Shown here piece by piece: positions 24,940 to 38,800 of a stretch of 64,000 nt of DNA (its first letter is position 1; each line of letters opens with the position of its first letter). Position numbers and translations under genes: made by a program. Origin of the DNA: Torpedo marmorata (taxonomy: Eukaryota); the NCBI GenBank assembly GCA_977017645.1, contig OZ360252.1, positions 14,632,001-14,696,000 on the forward strand. Reading direction: 5' to 3'. The notes under the pieces were generated by a model. It did not search any database, had not been told where the DNA came from, and saw only the letters and a program-made list of their open reading frames with translations.

Positions 24940-27565
24940 GACGTAGCGGGAGGGGTGAAAGGAGGAGCAGTGGCATTGCTCGTCAGGCAAAATATCATAG
25001 CTGTTCTGAGAAGAAACACACCAGAGGGCTCGACTACTGAGGCGATATGGGTGGAGCTGAGGAACGGGAAAGGTATGACCACATTCATGGGTTATTTTAT
25101 GGACAACCCAATAGTCAGCGAGATTTGGCGGAGCAAGTCTCGAAAGAGATAGCAGACAGCTGCAGGAAATTTAAAGTTGTGATTGTACGAGATTTTAACT
25201 TTCCACATATTCCCATACTTTAAAAGGACTGAATGGCTTAGATCTCGTCAAATTTGTTCAGTAAACATATTCAAATCAAAATATAGAGGTACCAACCGGA
25301 GAGAGTGCAATATTGGATCTCCAATTAGCGAAGGAGACAGGATAGTTGACAAAAGTATCTATAGGGGAACATTTGGGTCCAACGATCATAATTCCATTAG
25401 TTTCATGTAACTTATGGATAAGGGTAGAACTGGCCCTGGGGTTCACATTCTAAAGTGGAGAAAGTACAATTTGAGGAAATGACAAAGGATCTAGAAAGCT
25501 TGTATTGGGATAAGTTGTTTTCTCCAAGGATGTGTTTGATCAGTGGAAGGCCTTCAAAGGTGAAATTTTGAGAGTACAGAGTTTGTAGGTTGCTCTCAGG
25601 ATTAAATAAAACATGTTAACAGGCATAGGTAACCTTGGTTTTCGAGGGATATTGGGGATCTTGTTAAGAAGAAGAGAGAGGCTGAGAGAAGGTATGGGCA
25701 ACAAGGAAAGAATGAGCTACTTTTGGAGTATACAAAATGCAAGAAAAATCTTAAAGAAATCAGGACGGCAAAACGAAGACATAAGGTTTCTTTGGCAGAT
25801 AATGTGAAGGAAAATCCTCAGTGTTTTCACAGGTATATTTAAAGCAAAATTATAGTGAGGGACACAATTTTTCCCCTTGAAGATCAGAGTTTTATGAATG
25901 CTATGCATGGATCCAAAATAGATGGAAGATGGTAGTGTGGTCATGGAAACTATTCATATTAATGAGGAAGCAGTGCTTGCTGTTTTAACGCAAATAAGGG
26001 AGGATAAACCCCCAGGGTCTGACAAGATATTCTCTCGGACCTTGAGGGAGGCTAGCGTAGAAAGTTCAGGAGCCCTGGCAGAAATATTTAAAATGTCCTT
26101 TGCCGCAGGTGAGGTGCCACAGGATTGGAGGGTAGCTCATGTTGTTCCGTTGTTTTAAAAAGGCTCCAAATGTAACCTGGGAAATGATAGGCCGCTAGGA
26201 CTGTAGTCAGTAGTTGGTAAATTATTGGAAGTGTCCTACGAGATCGGAGATACAAGTATTTGGATAGCCAGGGACTGATTGGGGATAGTCAACATTGCTT
26301 TATCCCTCGTTTGTCGTGTTTAACCAATCTTTTAGAACTTTTAGAGGCAGTTACACCGAACGGCGATGAAGGAAAGACTGTGGATGTTGCTTACACGGAC
26401 TTTTGTAAGGCCTTTGACAAGGTTCATCATGGAAGGTTAGTCAACATGGTTCAGACGCGCGGTATCCATGGTGAGGTAGAAAACTGGATTTGGCATTGGC
26501 TGTACGGGAGAAGCCAGAGTGTCGGAGTGAATGATTGCTTTTCAGACTCGAGGTCTGTGACTAGTGGTGTGCCTCAGGGGTCAGTGCCGGGACCATTGTT
26601 GTATGTCATCTATATCAATGATCTGGATGAGAATGTGGTAAACTGGATCAGCAAGTTTGAACATAACACAAAGATTCGAGGCATTGTGGACAGCGAGGAA
26701 GGCTTTCAAAGCTTGCAGATGGTTCTGGACCAGCTGGAAAAATGGGCTGAAAATTGAAGATGTAATCTACTGCCGACCAATATGAGGTGTTGCATTTCGG
26801 AAGGACAAACCAAGGTAGTTCACACATGGTAAATGTTAGGGCACTGAATAGTTAGGTAGAACAGAGGGATCTGGGAATTCAGATACATAATTCCCTGAAA
26901 GTGGCGTCACAGGTAGATAGGGTTGTAAAGAGAGTTTGGCATATTGATCTTCATAAATCAAAGTTTTGAATTTCGGTGTTGCGATGTTAAAGTTGTATAA
27001 GACATTGGTGAGGCTAAGTTTGGAATATTTTGTGCGTTTTGGTCACCTGACTACAGGAACGATTTTAATAAGATTGAAAGTGTGCACGAACGATTTAGTA
27101 GGATGTTGCCCGGATTTCAGTAACTAATTTACAGGGAAAGATGAAACTGGTTGGGACTTTATTTTCTGGAGCGAAGAAACTTGGGGGAGAAATGATAGAG
27201 GTGTACAATATTATGAGGGATAAAGATATAGAAATTTCAGGTAGGCTTTTTCTACTGAGGTTAGTTGAGATACAAACGAGAGCACATGGATTAAGGGTGA
27301 AAGCAGAAAGGTTTCGGGAGAATATTTGGGGGAACCTTTTTTCATACAGAGAGCAGTGGGACTTTGGAACGAACTGCCAGCTGCAGTGGTGAATGAAGGC
27401 TCGATTTTCACATTTAAGAAACATTTGGACAGGTACATGGATGGGAGATGTATGGAGGGCTCTGGACTAAGTTCAGGTCAGCGGACTCGGCAGAATAGTA
27501 GTTCGGCGCAGACTAGAAGGGCCGAACGGCCTTTCTTCTGAGCTATAATGTTCTCAGGTTCTGTG
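24940..27565 (+). mobile_element. CR1 (HER1-like) LINE, 5'-truncated ORF2, degenerate
   Basis: GGAVALLVRQ (endonuclease), [30 protein letters not shown] (RT), 3' gttct-type tail. Confidence 0.92.
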
Positions 27566-28199
27566 GTAAATTCTAGTAAATGTTTACTCCATATAATTCG
27601 ATTCTAATCGTTCGTCAACTTCACCAGTACTTCACATGACCAGTACAAAGACGAGTTGCATCAAACTCATAGGGGAAAATATCAAAACAAATCAGTAGCC
27701 CTGGGTGTGATAATACGACGTGTAAAAAACTGTATGTTCATCTTGATGGAAAGCTGAAAGCAATGTTCAATCCTGTATTCAGTTCTCCTTTCTTTAAGAC
27801 TGTTGTTATAAGAAGGCATCCGGAACTATATGCTGGATTTACCTGCAAATAATGCAAAGACAACACACTCACCCCGGGAGAATGGAGACTTGCATGACAT
27901 ACCTGCTTGCAGTGTTGAGAATATTTCCCTGCAATTCACTTTATCTTTAATTGCGAAACCATGGTGCAATGTCTCTGAATATATGAGAGTAATTAAATGG
28001 GACGAATAAGTCGGGCCATGAAAGCGAAATTAAAGATAATGTGAAACTGTGTTTTCTTACAATTACTAATGAGTTGGATTTTCTCCCTGATGAGGTTTTA
28101 TTGTAATTAATCATCTCTGAAATGTGAAAACAATGTAGATTATACGGAATATAAATTACTGTTTTGGTCTAATTCACCTATATGTACCGACATGCTTAT

Positions 28200-29260
28200 C
28201 ATTTCACCCATATCCTACCATTCTTTTCCATTCCGTTTAAACATCTTTATCGCTTAAATTATTCCTGCCTCTTCCACCTCCCGTGGCAATTTGTTCCGCT
28301 CGCCAACAAACCTCTGAATATGAGCGTGACAATCTAACATATCCATTTGCTCTATAAATGAATGATCCTCCTTAAAGTCACCCCTCACCCTCCTGCGCCC
28401 CACTGACAACAATGACTGCCGATCAGAGCCCCACCATTCTCACCATGTGACTGAATTCATCCGGCTCCATGGAAGCTTCCAGGTGATTGTGCGTCAATAT
28501 CTCTAAAACTCCTACTTTCCTGATACACACATGTTGCAGATCAGGAGCGTACACCTTCATTGAACCCCCATCTCCCCATCACGACCCATGGTGAATACTG
28601 GCGCCAATTTGTCATTCAGGACACCACACCTGCGTTACTGCACAGACTTTCATTTGGGTGCCGAAGGGGACCTGGCTATCCTTTTCCTTTAAACATATTT
28701 ATCAGTAGGTTTCGGAATCATTTATTAATTTAGCTGACCTGGGGACATATTGTGTCCTCTTTTGGCTTTCATATGCACGCTCTGATGATCTCTTCTCATC
28801 CACTATAAACTTCAAAGAACTCGTTTGATAACAATCTGCTGCACCTGTCTGACGTTCCCTTCCTTCCCTGAAAACAAGAATTTCTTTATTTTTTCCCCCT
28901 GAATCTTACTATTCTCCTTCTTACACTTACTTGCTCTTTGCTTTGTGATCCATCCGGAACTGGTGTATCTGCAATCTCTCACCTTGAATGGAAGCGTTTT
29001 GCTTACCATCCTCCAAGAGAAGCTGTGAACTATGGAACCGGACCGTCCTCTCCTGGAGGCGCTGCCAAGGCGGGATGTGTGAACTTCTCACTGTGAGGAT
29101 TATCACTGACGTTTGCCGACCACGAAACAGGGAAATCGGGATCTGTGAGAGAGAATTCAGAAATATACTGTTGATAAAGTTGAATGTTGACCCCAGGGCA
29201 AAAATAATCAAGGTCGAGGGAGAGAAAACAGGAAAGCGGACTTGAAGCCATATCATCAGT
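28200..29260 (-). mobile_element. CR1 LINE fragments (old)
   Basis: cctgcctcttccacctcccgtggcaatttgttcc and ccatcctccaagagaagctgtgaac resemble reverse-complement CR1 ORF2. Confidence 0.5.
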
Positions 29261-29692
29261 AATGATAGGTTTGAATGTTGGCAGAGGATTGAGGGGCTGA
29301 ATGGCCTAAAGCAGCGCGTTCTTTCCATGATGTCAATGATTGTGAAAGCACATTTGACACCATTACACAGCGAGTATGATCCAATTTCTGACTTAGGAGG
29401 GCATTGCAACAATCGCCAGTAGGGATTTATTGCATCTCAGTGACGCGGAAGTGCCTTTTGTTGGGTGTCGGAGGCAAGACAGAGTTTATGGCTCCCACTG
29501 CCGTTCCTGTGCAGGTTTAACTTGCAGATTGACAGCCCAGGAGAAACACGAAATATTAGTTAGACACGTGGATCATACTGTACTATCAAATGTGTCCGAG
29601 TAAGACATGAAACTGCACTTTAATCAAAGAAATAGCAATGCTTTGCTTCAAAGACAACTGTGTAATGCGAGTCTAACTGAGACAGAACTCAC

Positions 29693-29824
29693 CAATGGTG
29701 TTGGTATGACCGTTGACAACCGTCCGCATGAGCGGATCATCAGCACCACTACCCACGCCGAACTGACAGTCTTGGGAATCAATGGTTTTGCTCTCAGCGC
29801 GGTCATAGTCGGCAGGTTCCATAT
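29693..29824 (-). CDS. SRCR receptor cytoplasmic exon 3 ([13 protein letters not shown]...GHTNTI)
   Basis: Acceptor tacttcctcctag, donor gtgagt, 132 bp in frame. Confidence 0.75.
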
Positions 29825-32800
29825 CTAGGAGGAAGTAAAGATTGTAAATGACAAAACAAAGTGACATTCCTCCAAATGATTGTGGTGTAGCGAGCTATAT
29901 TACACCTGATTGCAAGGTTTTGTTTCTCGCGTGATGCACAGTTTGACGGAGAAAAAATATTGATCATCGTCCTGGATCTTCACGACTGAACCGCACAATT
30001 AGACTGCGTGCTCATTTAATATTTCAGTGCCTGTGAAGGACTCGGATTAAACAAGCAATGGCAATTGTTTCTTTCCATTGCAAAACTGGCTGTACTCGAG
30101 ACAATTGTTTTACATTCAAACTTGTTCACAAGCTACTTATAACACAAACCCATTTTAAATATCGTTATATTCTCCGGTATTTCACGTCGTATATATCTGC
30201 ATAGTTTCTGATCACAAACGGATTTATGTAAAATAAGATAAAGTGGAAAGCCAGAAAAAAGTGTCAAACCATGAACACGGGAACTGTTCCCATGAGGATG
30301 TTCTGACTCCAGAAAATCACCATCCGAAGGGTCGCTCGTGTAATATTCAATTTGATTGATGAAATCAATGGAACCAGACGCTAGAAGTCAATGAAATTGA
30401 CAGTTATTGTGGAGATTATTTTGGGCATTGAGGCAGAATTCATAAATGCTTTACTATGAAAATGACAGTATCGTGATATGCCACACGACACCATTGCGGA
30501 ATACCATTCAATACAACAACCCAGCTTACTCATGAAGTGGACGATATTATTAGCAGGACTTTCCGGCCATTTAAACCCGTTAAGCCCAATTACACTCAAT
30601 TAACCTACAACCTCATACGTTTTGGAGTGTGAGACGAAACCGGATCACGGGAGAAAGCCCACCCAGACACGGGGAGAACGTGCAAACTCCGACATACAGC
30701 TTCGGATTCGAACCCCGGCCCTGATCGCTGGCGCTGTAACAACGTTGCGCTAACCGCTAGCTAAAATGAATAATTCGTGGTCAAGGCAGTTTAAAGATTC
30801 AGGGAATAAGGGCAGGGGTGCTGTAAGTGTTATATGGGTTGGATAGGTCAATAAGGGGATGTCTTCAATCGGGTAAAAAAAATAGAGTGAGTGATGATAC
30901 AAAATGAGACTGAGTTGTAAAGGTTTATAAATAGCAGGCGGGCACCGCCCGGGAACGCATGCGTCCGTTCTGGGTTCCAGTTAAACGTCTTAAATGTGAA
31001 ATAATTTTCTCTTCAAACGCGAGATGGCCTCCAGTTTCCAGCCACCTCACTTTTTGTTTTCAAATGTCATTCCTTCCGACTTGTGGATGACAGATGTAAG
31101 GGCGATATTTGTCATTTGAAGAGTGGATGGCAAATGCAAATACACACCTGAACCCTGTGGATGACTGAAATTCTTGTCAGGCAGAGTGTTCCCAATCTCT
31201 TCATAAATTGCTTGGTAAAAGGCAACGGATGAGCCTCTGCCCCTCATCACTGCACCTGTGGACGTGAGGCAGAAGTTTATTCTCTGTTACGCAGATAAAC
31301 TTTAGGAATGTGCCACAAAGTGAAGTTTGAATAAAATATGACCCATAGCGTATCAGAATGCACCGTGAACTATGAAACTCACCTCGTCTCCGCGACCTTC
31401 TCTGCACTATCGTCATCAGCGCGATTAGCTCAGCGAGGAGGAGGACCCCAAGGGTGATGCATGCGGCAACCATGATTGAGGGTGTCTTGTATCCTAACCA
31501 TAAGATTTACATGAAGTAGACCACAAATTAACAGAAGGATTCACAATGCGCTTCTTTACACATTTGTAGACAATGTTTATGAAGGTTAAGCACTGATCGT
31601 TCATTCTGATCCCTATCGATGTTGCCACTGCACAAACGTGCTGGAGAAACTCAGCAGGTCACGCAGTATCCATTGGAAGTATAAGGTAACCAACGTTTCG
31701 GGACTGGGCCCTTTGTCCGGTATGACCTGTTGAGCTTCTCCAGCAGTTTTATGTATTGCACACGACAACAGCATCCGCAGAATTTCTGGATTTACGATTT
31801 TTCAAATAGATTTTGTCTGCATTGCACCAGATGAATGAGTGGGCCGTTACGAATTCCAAGACTGTTTTCTACACAGGCCTCATTGTTGAGCAACATCCGT
31901 TGGAATGGTTAGCATTGTGTCCAGGACGCATGATAACGTGTGCCACCAGGATAAACATGGCGAAATTAATTTGTTTTTGAATGCCACCGAAAGACCCTAG
32001 CTTTGGGACTGCATCTGTTCCCATAATTTTGGTAATTTCCGTGACACAAGCAAGAGGCAGGGTCTGCAAACAGCCTAGGAATTCCCAATTATCAATGGCG
32101 CGAAGGGATAGAATTATGTTCACGCAAGACTGGGCCTGGCATTTATTTTCAGGGAGGAAAGTAACACATCAACCTCACCCATGGCTCTGTACCTATTACC
32201 ATTGCACAGTGGTTATATAGACAAACGATCCGCTCTGTGGTGCTATGCGGAGTAGCAAAGGATAGCTCACATACGAGATCCACACTCCGCACGGATGTCA
32301 CCCTTTATGTATTCAAGACATTAATTCGTGCAAGGAAAAGCAGTCCCTAAGTAGTCAATAGATTCTCATCAAATGCACGCTTGTTCGGTCGCTGTTAAAG
32401 ATAGAAAAGGCAGGATCCTAGTTCATGAAGGCGATGTCGACAGTATCGAGAACAATGCCCCAATCACGAGAACGTTCTCTAAATTTACGGATCAGAACTC
32501 GGCACGTGGGAACATTAGCACCGACAAATATCTGTTCCTCACGAAGTGTCTTGATTGCAAGATGTGTTAGGAATACAAAGATGTTCTGGACGCACTACTC
32601 AAAGCAACACACAGTTTCTGCTCTTTGAAGGACACCCGCGATTCATTAAGGCTGCTGAAGAGCGGCTGTCCCGCTGCCGTTACCCGCGATGACCTCTCTA
32701 CCGAAATATTTGGATGGAGGTGGGAGATCCTGTTTTCAGCGACTGTAATATGTCCTGGGTAAAGTGGCGAGTAAACACAGCGAGAAGCATCCTCAAAATT

Positions 32801-35800
32801 CTACTGCCTTGTGCTAATTTAACAATGAATATCAACGGTTCTTATTGCTCTGTTCTTATCAACGTTCTTACCAACGAGCAATTACATACTGTTCTTATTA
32901 AGTCGTGAATATCATCTTATTCAGAAAAAAAAATCTATTAATTTTGCTGCAAGCTAAAATTGCCAGAATATATATTTGTAATAAATACCTGAATCGTTGG
33001 AACCAGCAGCCGACAAAATGGGATCTGTGGATATTATTGAATCGTCATTTCAGAGACTTCATTCAGTTAGGTTTAAAAAAATAAATTACGACATTAAGGA
33101 ATCGGTTGAAGAGGTGATTGAAACTGTACAAAGACACGTACCAGAACAAAAAACAATGACGTCTTCCTTATGGTCACAGTCGTGTTGGTTGAGTTGTGAG
33201 GAGCGACAGCTGGAGAGAAGGGATTCACTTCCTGTGCATTTCACTTCATCCAAACAGATGTCACCGTCGCCGTGCGGAATGATCGATTCTCCTGGAGTCC
33301 AACGAGCAGGGCCACAGCCCAACTGTCTGCAGACTACATCAGCGTCGGCCAGATCCCAGGAGTCGTCACACACCGTACCCGAACGATTATTCCACAGTAT
33401 CTCCAACCTTCCGGAGCAACGGGTGCTGCCGCCAACCAGCTGTAGTGACAGTTCTGAGAAGAGCAGGAATAAAATTATTTAAATGAATTTCAATTGAGAG
33501 ACAGGTGAAATACATTTCACGTAACATTGGGTGCACTGAATCACCTGCAGTTTCCGATTCTGATTCTTCATGGCAGACCTTTCCCCTGTCGGTTCCCTCC
33601 GGCACTTTGGGTTCTGTTGACAAGAGGAACATGGTGCCGGATTTGTAAATCTATGTTTAAAATGTCAGCCGCCGTTTCATGCCTCCCCAAATTTACCTTC
33701 ACAAGCAACGCCTGTATCGTCCTTGTGCTCACACTTGTGTTCTCCCCAAGGGGCTGATTGACATTGCCAGAGTGCGGACTCGTGCGATGTACATTCCAGA
33801 TCATCGAGCCATATTTGCCCAGATCCTTCTCCATACTTCGTGGTATCAATTTCAAGTGATTTGCCGCGTCCACATTTTAATTGTTTGCAGACCACATTTA
33901 CAGCGTTCTGGTTTATGCTGTCGGAGCACACCGTTCCCCACGTCCCATTGTACAGCACTTCCACTCTTCCTTCACATCGATGCGTTCCGTTCCTCAGACG
34001 CATTTCTTTGTGCTCTATCAATGAAAGAGGTTATGTCCATTTTACCGCAATGTTTTCAAACCACCACCAGGAATGATCTGTTTTCACTTACAGAAAAACA
34101 AGGAATATAAACAGAAAATATTGAAAACACATCAGGAAGAGGCTAATGCTGAAAAGACGGGAGCGCGAATAGGCTGAATGTGGAGGTTTGGGGGAATGAG
34201 TGTCGCGAATGTGCATGATTGTTCTGTCTTTGACCGTGATGCGGTGTTGAGAACATTTTCGATGATCAATGGCTTGTTGTCAGGGAATCGTTTTTCAGAA
34301 AGTTGGATTCACTGTGCAGCATTTCCAAGGATTTCTCTCCTTCATGAGTCGCTCCGCCCCTCTGCAGAGCGCACCAACCAGTTCCGTCTGACCGCAGGTT
34401 ATGCTACAACTGCAGGAGACGCGACACCATTGCTTCCGCACATTCTCCAGGGACTCAAACAGTCCTTGCAGGTGAAAGGAGGATTCAATTGTACATCTTC
34501 CAAACATTAAATTCCATTCCTTGCCATAGAATTGTCCACGCTATATTTATTAAACTATAGCGGAGCACCTTCATTCAGTTGAAAAGAGTGGTCCTGAGCC
34601 TATCGACCACTTCAAATAATTCGCCCACTTCAACACCTTGTTTTCCATCAGTGAGACCCCGTGCTGATGAATGGAAGCTAAACACAACCTTTCGGAACAA
34701 CATCATATCTTCCATCTGGACACGGCACACCCTTCCGGATTGGATAACATTGTCACAATTTTTAAGCAAATCAAATTTTATTCCAATTACAATTTTCCAT
34801 ATCTGCCTTTTACCACGTCTGCTCATTTGTTTTCTCTCTTAATTTATCATGTCGGGATCATCCGCAGCAACATATTACAAAAACATAGAAAAATAATCTG
34901 AACCGCAAAGTTACGCAAACTATCACGTTCGTGGCCAGCCTATCCGAAATATTAATTTCGTTCTTCCAAACCCACTCCCAGCTTTCCTGCATACAAACAT
35001 TGTGGTTTTCACTCCTTTGCGGCAGTGGCTTGGACCCGAAACGTGAAATCAGTCTCTATCCAAATTTATTCTTGCACTGTTTGTTATTTAAATGGTAGCA
35101 ATCCAGAATGCAATCCGTTGAGCACATCGAAACCAAACACGGGAAAGGAAAAGGGAAAATCGCTTTAAAATGAATGGTCGTGCTTCAAAGATCATTTAAA
35201 ACTCAGATTTATGTCGAGATAGCATGACTAATACTATTAATGTAAGATATAGACGAGTTCAGTACAATTGTATACATCAGTTATAACTTACAGCACAAAA
35301 ATGAATACAATGAAATCTGAATTGTCAAATCAGTGTGGTGAAGTTGTGGGAACTTTCTTACATTCAACTTGGTTATGCTCTAAGGTAAGACCCTTCTGGC
35401 TGGAACGTGGGAATTTGCTAAAACAAATCACGGGAATTACACTTCCACAAAACCCTGATTTATTTTTGTTAGGGGATGTAGAAAGAACTAGACCAAAATT
35501 GAAATTATCAACATATCAATTGATATTTGTTAAAATTGCTCTCGTTGTAGCGAAGAAGTGTACAGCAGTAACCTGGAAATCACACCTAAATTTAGGGATG
35601 GAAAGGTGGAATACAGAGATACAGAGTTGTATTCTTCTGGAAAAAATAACATACAACATGAGAAATAAATACGGGGGTTTCTTGCAAATTTGGCGGATAT
35701 ATATCCAGACACTAGGTATAAATATGTAAATGTGTTCTTCCACAACTTAGGCCCTATGCGAACTCCCTCAAAATTAAACTATAGAAACACTGTTGAAAAT

Positions 35801-38800
35801 TTGCGTGGAACTGTGAAACTCCGGGCGATCCCTATAATTGTATTTTATAAGTAATATATATTACCTTCTTTTTCTTCTTCCTTCTTTGTTTTTTGTATAT
35901 TTTAGAGGGGGAGGGAATTTAAGGGGAGGGAGTGGGTTGAGGGTGGGTTTAGAAATATTAAGCAGTAATTTTAATTTGAAATGCTGGGAAAGTTGTTATA
36001 AGCGTTTGGGGGGTTAAGGGAGGGGTAGATTACACTATGTAATACAATATAATTTCAATGGATTTTTTTTGAAGTTAATAATGTATATTATCTATGTATG
36101 TATTACTGTGTGTGAAAATTTAAATTCACAACAAATATTCAAAAAAAAAACCATAATTGAATTGATTAGCCTGTGCTCCCCCTGCCCTATCTAACCTTCA
36201 CCCCAACCTTTTATTCAGAAGTAAACACGAAAATCTGTAGACACCGTGATAATGTAGTAAAAAACACAAAAGCTGGAGAACTCAGCAGGTCAAACAGTGT
36301 CTTTTATGTAGCAAAGGTAGAAATACATAACCGACGTTTCGGACTTGAGCCCTTCATCAAAGTATGAGAAAATGCCGGCAGGCGTCCGAACAAAGGAGTG
36401 AGGGGGGAAGGGAGGTGGCAAAGGCAGGAGATGATAGGTGGAGAAAGGAGGGAGGGGACAGCAGCAAAGAGGGGGAGGAGGGATGGCTAGGTGGGTGGAA
36501 AAAAACAGGTGAGGGGGGAGGGGGGAGAGAGAACAACAAACAGGTTAGTGGAAAGCAGAAAAGTCAATGTTAATGCCATCTGGCTGGAGAGTGCCGAGAC
36601 GGAATATGAGATGTTGTTCCTCCAATTTGCGGGTAGTCTGGGTGGGATAGTACATGAGGCCGTGGACAGACATGTGAGCGTGGGAGTGTGACCCAGAATC
36701 ACTCTCTCCGCAACAATCCCAACCTCACCATCAAACCCGCAGACAAGGGCGGTGCGGTTGTGGTCTGACGCACTGACCTCTACCTTGCCGAGGCCAGTCG
36801 ACAACTCTCAGACACCTCCTCCTACCTACCCCTCTCACAGGACCCCACCACAACACATCAAGCCACTGTCTCCAACACCATCTCCGACCTCATCACCTAC
36901 GGTCACCTCCCCTCCACGGCCAACAACCTCATTCTCCCCCACCCCCGCACTGCCCGTTTCTACCTACTACCCAAGATACACAAACCCAACCATCCGGGCA
37001 GACCCATTGTTTCTGCCTGCTCCTGCCCCACCGAACTAGTTTCATCTTACCTTGACTCCATCTTTTCTCCCCTGGTCCAATCCCTCCCCACCTACATCCG
37101 CGACACCTCACTTGCCCTCCATCTCCTCAATGACTTCAGATTCCCTGAACCGGACCGCATCATCTTCACCATGGATGTCCAATCCCTTTATACCTCTATC
37201 CCCCACACAGAAGGTCTGAAAGCACTTCGCTTCTTCCTGGACCAAAGGCCCGACCAGTGACCCTCTACTACCACCCTCCTCCGCCTGGCAGAACTTGTCC
37301 TCACTCTCAATAACTTCTCCTTCAACTCATCCCACTTCCTCCAAATCAAAGGAGTAGCCATGGGTACCCGCATGGGTCCCAGCTACGCCTGCCTGTTTGT
37401 GGGCTTTGTGGAGCAATCCATGCTGCAAGCCTACACAGGCAAGACCCCTCATCTCTTCCTCCGGTATATCGACGACTACATCGGGGCTGCCTCATGCACC
37501 CACGATGAGCTTGTCAACTTCATCCACTTCGCATCCAACTTTCACCACGATCTCAAACTCACCTGGTCCATCTCCGATAACACTCTCCCCTTCCTGGATC
37601 TCGCTGTCTCCATCTCGGGAGACAAGCTTTCCACCGACATTTACTACAAACCCTCCAACTCACACAACTATCTGGACTACACATCCTCACACCCTGTCCC
37701 CTGCAAGGACTCCATCCCCTTCTCTCAATTTCTCCGCCTCCGCCGCATCTGTTCCCAAGATGAGGTGTTCCACTCCAGATCTTCTGAAATGTCTGCCTTT
37801 TTCCACAAACGTGGCTTCCCTTCCACCACCATCAACTCAGCCCTCACCCGCATCTCCTCCATTTCCCGCTCATCTGCCCTGGCCCCCTCTGCCCCCAGAC
37901 GCAACAAACATAGAGTACCCCTCATCCTCACCTACCACCCCACCAGCCTCCGCGTCCAACACATTATCCGCCGGAATTTCCGGCACTTGCTGCAGGATCC
38001 CACCACCAGACACATTTTTCCTTCTCCTCCCCTCTCAGCCTTCCGCAGGGACCGCTCCCTCCGCGATTCACTCGTGCACTCGTCCCTCCCCACCCATCGC
38101 ACCCCCGGAACCTTCCCCTGTGCCCGCAGTAGGTGCAACACCTGCACCCACACCTCCCCCCTCACCACGGTCCAGGGCCCCAAACAGGCCTTCCAAGTGA
38201 AACTACACTTCACTTGTACATCCAACGGACTTATCTACTGCATCCGGTGCTCCCTTTGTGGCTTTCTCTACATTGGAGAGACCGGTCGGAGATTGGGAGA
38301 CCGCTTTGCCGAGCACCTCCTCTCCGTCCGCCGCAGCAGCGACCTCCCAGTAGCCAACCATTTCAATTCTGGGTCACACTCCCACGCTCACATGTCTGTC
38401 CACGGCCTCATGTACTATCCCACCCAGACTACCCGCAAATTGGAGGAACAACATCTCATATTCCGTCTCGGCACTCTCCAGCCAGATGGCATTAACATTG
38501 ACTTTTCTGCTTTCCACTAACCTGTTTGTTGTTCTCTCTCCCCCCTCCCCCCTCACCTGTTTTTTTCCACCCACCTAGCCATCCCTCCTCCCCCTCTTTG
38601 CTGTTGTCCCCTCCCTCCTTTCTCCACCTATCATCTCCTGCCTTTGCCACCTCCCTTCCCCCCTCACTCCTTTGTTCGGACGCCTGCCGGCATTTTCTCA
38701 TACTTTGATGAAGGGCTCAAGCCCGAAACGTCGGTTATGTATTTCTACCTTTGCTACATAAAAGACACTGTTTGACCTGCTGAGTTCTCCAGCTTTTGTG

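Noticed and set aside
30700-30762. tRNA gene
   Set aside because: The A/B boxes belong to a V-SINE head; no complete cloverleaf
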